Assembly (NCBI GenBank): GCA_965250285.1
Contig: OZ252299.1
Span: 1,801,222-1,865,221, forward strand
Length of the DNA stretch: 64,000 nt
DNA from: Myxococcota bacterium
GTDB taxonomy: Bacteria; Myxococcota_A; UBA9160; UBA4427
Direction of reading: 5' to 3'
The number at the start of each line of letters is the position of its first letter. Within the stretch, counting starts at the first letter, position 1. Positions 60,360-64,000 of this stretch are shown piece after piece. The translations under genes were made by a program, and so were the position numbers. The notes under the pieces were generated by a model. That model saw only the letters and a program-made list of their open reading frames with translations. It was not told the DNA's origin and did not search any database.

Positions 60360-63061
60360 GCATCCCCCTTCTTCGGCCCGAGCCGTGCGCTCAACCGCTC
60401 GATCAGAAGCAGCGCGTCCATGGGGGTGGTCTGGTTGGGATCGATCTCACGAAGCGCTTCGAGCGCCTCCTGCTCCTCGGCGCTCGGTGCCGCCATCTCT
60501 CCGCCAAGGGCGAGGGTCAGCTGGCCGTCGTCGGGTCGCGTGCGGACCCGCCCGTGCACTGCGCCGCTCGCCGAGGCCCCGCCCGCCTCGAGCTCGGCCA
60601 GGATCTCACGGGCGCGCTTCGTCACGCTCTCGGGCAGCCCCGCGAGCTGAGCGACCTGGATGCCGTAGCTGCGGTTCGCGCCGCCCGGCACCAGGCGACG
60701 CAGAAAGACCACCTCGTCCTTCCACTCGCGCACCTGGAAGTGGTAGTTCGCCAGCCGCGGTCGAGACTCTGCGAGCTCGACGAGCTCGTGATAGTGCGTC
60801 GCGAAGAGCGTGCGCGCTTCGAGCCCCTTCGTATCGTGCAGGTGCTCGGCGACCGACCACGCGATCGAGAGGCCGTCGAACGTGCTCGTGCCGCGACCGA
60901 TCTCGTCGAGAATGATCAGACTGCGCCGCGATGCCTGACGAAGGATGTCGGCGGTTTCGCGCATCTCGACCATGAACGTCGATTCGCCGCGCGCCAGACG
61001 ATCCGAAGCGCCCACGCGCGTGAAGATGCGGTCGACGACGCCGACCTTGGCCGCCGCCGCCGGCACGTAGCTGCCAATCTGCGCCATCAACACGATGAGC
61101 GCGACCTGGCGCAGGTAGGTGCTCTTGCCCGACATGTTCGGGCCGGTCAACAAGAGGATCTGCTGCCCATCGCAGTCGAGGTGTGCGTCGTTCGCGACGA
61201 AACCGTCGCCGTGGGCCGAACGCAGCATCGCCTCGACGACGGGGTGACGGCCGTCCTTCACGTCGATCACGAAGCCCGCGTCGACCTCGGGGCGCGACCA
61301 GCCCTCGCGGCGCGCGCAGGTGGCGAGAGACTGCAGGGCGTCGAGCTCGGCGACCCGGTCGGCGGCGGCACGCACCCGCTCGGCGACCCCGACCACCGCT
61401 TGACGCAGCGACTCGAAGATCTCGCGCTCGAGGGCCGCGGCGCGTTCGTTCGCCCCCATGACCGTGCTCTCGACCTCTCGCAGCTCGGGTGTCGTGAAGC
61501 GTTCGACGTTGGCGAGGGTCTGTTTTCGCTCGTACTCGGCGGGCACCTTGTCGAGCTGTGCCTTCGAGACCTCGAGTGAGTAGCCGTGCACGGGGTGGTA
61601 CCGGACCTTCAGGTTCGTGATGCCGCTGCGCTCGCGCTCGGTCGCTTCGAGGCCGGCGATCCACTCGCGGCCCTTGGTCGCGCCCTCGCGAATCGCGTCG
61701 AGCTCACCGCGGAAGCCGGCGCGGATGTAGCCCGTCTCGTTCGCCCCTCGCGAACCCTTGGCGATCACGGGCGGATCATCGATCAGCGCCTCCTCCAGCA
61801 GCTGTGTCAGGTCGGGCAGCGGCTCGGGGCCCACGAGCCCGGCGGGCGGCGACGGCGCAACGGCCGCTTCGATCGCACCCCCAGCCGCCTCGGCGAGCGC
61901 GGCGTTGACCCTGGGCAGCGCCGCCAGGCTCGCACGCAGGAGCCCGAGATCGCGCGGCACTGCACCGGGTCGGATCGCCTTGGCCAGCAGCCGCTCGAGA
62001 TCGCGCACGTCGCCCAGCGCATCGCGCACGCCATCGCGTATCCGATCGTGATCGTGCAGCCACGCGACGCTCTCTTGCCGTGCGAGCACGTCGGCGACGG
62101 CGTTCAGCGGGTAGGCGACCCAGCGCGCGAGCCTGCGCGCGCCGAGGGCCGTACGCGTCGCGTCGAGCTGCGCGATGAGCGTGCCTTTGCGGCCGCGGTC
62201 TTCGCTGTTCTCGAAGAGCTCGAGGTGCGTTCGCGTCGCGGTGTCGAGCACGACCGTCGATCCGAGCTCATACGCCCGCAGGCGCGGGATCGCGTCTCGA
62301 AAGGCGGGCTGATGCTCACCGACGTAGCCGATGATCGCCGCCGCTGCGCGCATGCCCGGGTCGCTGTCACTCGCTTCGAAGCCTTCGGGTGCCTCGGCGA
62401 CCCCGGCGGGCTCGAAGGTCACGGCGTCGACCTCGGCGAGCACGGTATCGGGGATGCGCTCGTTCGCAGCGGGCGCGAGCTGTGCCCGCGCGGTGCCCTC
62501 GACCAGCAGCTCGCGCGGACCGATGCGCTCGAGCTCGGCCCACACCGACAGGGGGAGGCCGGCTTCGTGGCCGCCACTCGCCGGAATCGTCGTGCAGCGA
62601 AAATCGCCCGTCGACGCGTCGAGCGCGGCGATGCCAATCGCGTCGTCGCCGACGTCGAGCGCGGCCAGGGCCACCTCGACCCGCCCGTCGAGGCCCTCGG
62701 GATCCCCCACCAGGCCCGGCGTCACGACCTCGACCACTTCACGTCGCACGAGCCGCCGACCACCGGCCTGCTTCGGGTCTTCGACCTGCTCGCACACGGC
62801 GACACGATGACCGAGCCCCGCAAGCTGCCGGATGTACTGATCGGCGCTGTGCACCGGCACACCACACATCGGCACAGCGTCGGCCTTGCCCTTGTCGCGC
62901 GTCGTGAGTGCGATGTCGAGGAGCGGCGCCGCCCGCTCGGCGTCGTCCATGAACATCTCGTAGAAGTCGCCCATGCGATAGAAGATGATCGCGTCGGGAT
63001 GCTCGGCCTTGATCGCGAGGAACTGCTTCATCATGGGTGTGTCGAGCGCCGACTTGGTCAC
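60356..63061 (-). CDS. mutS: DNA mismatch repair protein MutS
   Basis: TPMMKQFLAIKAEHPDAIIFYRMGDFYEMF N-terminus. Walker A LLTGPNMSGKSTYLRQ. ILDEIGRGTSTFDGLSIAW. 901 aa. GTG start overlapping the upstream stop. Confidence 0.95.
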   Translation of the reverse strand: MTKSALDTPMMKQFLAIKAEHPDAIIFYRMGDFYEMFMDDAERAAPLLDIALTTRDKGKADAVPMCGVPVHSADQYIRQLAGLGHRVAVCEQVEDPKQAGGRRLVRREVVEVVTPGLVGDPEGLDGRVEVALAALDVGDDAIGIAALDASTGDFRCTTIPASGGHEAGLPLSVWAELERIGPRELLVEGTARAQLAPAANERIPDTVLAEVDAVTFEPAGVAEAPEGFEASDSDPGMRAAAAIIGYVGEHQPAFRDAIPRLRAYELGSTVVLDTATRTHLELFENSEDRGRKGTLIAQLDATRTALGARRLARWVAYPLNAVADVLARQESVAWLHDHDRIRDGVRDALGDVRDLERLLAKAIRPGAVPRDLGLLRASLAALPRVNAALAEAAGGAIEAAVAPSPPAGLVGPEPLPDLTQLLEEALIDDPPVIAKGSRGANETGYIRAGFRGELDAIREGATKGREWIAGLEATERERSGITNLKVRYHPVHGYSLEVSKAQLDKVPAEYERKQTLANVERFTTPELREVESTVMGANERAAALEREIFESLRQAVVGVAERVRAAADRVAELDALQSLATCARREGWSRPEVDAGFVIDVKDGRHPVVEAMLRSAHGDGFVANDAHLDCDGQQILLLTGPNMSGKSTYLRQVALIVLMAQIGSYVPAAAAKVGVVDRIFTRVGASDRLARGESTFMVEMRETADILRQASRRSLIILDEIGRGTSTFDGLSIAWSVAEHLHDTKGLEARTLFATHYHELVELAESRPRLANYHFQVREWKDEVVFLRRLVPGGANRSYGIQVAQLAGLPESVTKRAREILAELEAGGASASGAVHGRVRTRPDDGQLTLALGGEMAAPSAEEQEALEALREIDPNQTTPMDALLLIERLSARLGPKKGDA

Positions 63062-64000
63062 GCGTCGCCTCCCGACCCGCCGCTCGCATCCTGCGCCCGC
63101 TTCTCGAGCTGGTCGAGCATCGACTCGTATGCGGTCAGGGCGTCGTCGTAGCGGCCCTGATCGAGCAGGATCCGGCCCAGCCGCATGCGCAGTGCGTCGT
63201 CATTCGGCCAGCGCACGAGCCCGGCCTCGATCACCTCGAGCGCTTCATCGACCCGATCTGCGTCGGCGAGCGCGCGGGCGAGCGCATCGACGAGCGCGCT
63301 TCGGTCCGAGTGCTGGCGCGCGGCTTCGCGCAGATAGCCGATGTAGTCGCCGCGACGCCCGGCCCCTTCCGGCCATGCCCGTTCGAGCCGCGGCAGGATC
63401 TCTCGCGCCCGACCGGGATCGGCGTCGAGCGCCTTCGCCAGCTGATCGACGACCCGCTTTGGCCGCTGCGCTCGCTCTTCGATGTCGGCCAGGATCAGCC
63501 GGGGATCGGCCTGGCCGAAGTCGGCCTTGATCGCGCGCTTCGCCGCGTCTCGCGCGACGTCGTCCCGCCCCTCTGAGAATCGCTTGCGCGCGATCGACGT
63601 GAGCAGTTGGCCCTCTGTCTCGCGATCGCGAGCGCCGCGCAGCTTCGCCCGGCGCCGCTCGATCACGAGCGCGCGCTCTTCATCGCCGTGCGCCGGCAGC
63701 AGACGCGCGAGTCCGGCCAGCGCCGCGGCGTGGTCGGCATCGCGCTCGAGGACCTGCTCGAACGTTGCGATCGCGCGCGCGACGTAGCCGCCCGCGTCGA
63801 AAGTCTGGCCGAGGCCTGCGAGCACAGCGATGCGCTGCTCGTCGTCGAGGTCGTTGCGCAGGTTGAGGTTCTCGTAGAGCGCGATGGCGCGTCCGGTTTC
63901 GCCCCGACGACGGAACACCTCGGCGAGGCCGAGATAGGCGTCGATCTCGTTTGAGTGATCGCGCACCAACCCCTTCAACACCCCCTCGGCTGCGACGTCG
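63058..64000 (-). CDS. TPR-repeat protein (C-terminal part; gene continues past window end)
   Basis: An open frame to the window edge encodes repeated TPR-like units (YLGLAEVFRRRGETGRAIALYENL..; AGLGQTFDAGGYVARAIATFEQVL..). It resembles the LapB/YciM TPR part, but no C-terminal Cys-rich metal site is present. The stop overlaps the mutS start. Confidence 0.6.
   Translation of the reverse strand, partial: DVAAEGVLKGLVRDHSNEIDAYLGLAEVFRRRGETGRAIALYENLNLRNDLDDEQRIAVLAGLGQTFDAGGYVARAIATFEQVLERDADHAAALAGLARLLPAHGDEERALVIERRRAKLRGARDRETEGQLLTSIARKRFSEGRDDVARDAAKRAIKADFGQADPRLILADIEERAQRPKRVVDQLAKALDADPGRAREILPRLERAWPEGAGRRGDYIGYLREAARQHSDRSALVDALARALADADRVDEALEVIEAGLVRWPNDDALRMRLGRILLDQGRYDDALTAYESMLDQLEKRAQDASGGSGGDA

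Overview
Very GC-rich, tightly packed bacterial chromosomal segment. I count about 56 protein-coding genes. I recognised no rRNA, tRNA, CRISPR array, transposase or prophage genes. Gene content (PEGA, TSP3/dockerin-like and cohesin-like modules, several ExbB/ExbD-type sets) would fit a high-GC proteobacterium or a Myxococcota-like organism, but taxonomy cannot be settled from this window.

Layout:
- 1-560: 5' part of an acyl-CoA synthetase gene.
- 0.7-5.1 kb: an unusual three-gene MotA/ExbB-like module. It has a zinc-ribbon-fused channel protein plus two ExbD/TolR-like proteins with long coiled-coil stalks, and sits divergent from a PEGA-domain membrane protein. This is my best candidate for an undescribed system.
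- 5.1-8.8 kb: MATE exporter, Rieske non-heme-iron oxygenase, stand-alone FtsH-type (M41-like) metallopeptidase domain.
- 9.45-14.7 kb: complete six-gene TonB2-type energy-transduction cluster (DUF3450, large MotA/TolQ/ExbB, ExbB, ExbD, TonB, TPR), behind a ~630-nt non-coding leader.
- 14.7-20 kb: MBL-fold hydrolase, PhyH-type dioxygenase, cardiolipin synthase, second MATE exporter.
- 20-42.4 kb: large acyl-CoA/lipid (possibly steroid- or isoprenoid-like) catabolic island. It holds a TetR regulator, sterol-desaturase-family hydroxylase, six acyl-CoA dehydrogenase (ACAD) genes including a translationally coupled short pair, two MaoC-type hydratases, a crotonase, a fused double family-III CoA-transferase, two acyl-CoA synthetases, an SDR, an LLM oxidoreductase, a VOC protein and a 7-TM protein. 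A 17-bp palindrome recurs at three of its promoter regions. A cohesin-like/dockerin-like secreted gene pair is embedded in it.
- 42.4-50.6 kb: DsbA-like oxidoreductase, small acidic protein, alkyltransferase-like protein, oligopeptidase A, UbiB kinase, DUF3311 plus Na+/solute symporter, DUF368.
- 50.8-64 kb: housekeeping string rluB, scpB, scpA, CCA/poly(A)-polymerase-family enzyme, xerD, glnD, AMIN-amidase, mutS, TPR protein. Five of these are chained by 4-nt start/stop overlaps.

All functional calls come from motifs read by eye in the supplied translations and in the DNA. No searches or computations were run. The ORF track reports the longest ATG/GTG/TTG ORF, so I trimmed several starts to sites supported by a Shine-Dalgarno sequence or by family N-termini; these starts remain uncertain. 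The many long Arg/Ala/Pro/Gly-rich ORFs antisense or out of frame to recognisable genes are treated as high-GC artefacts.
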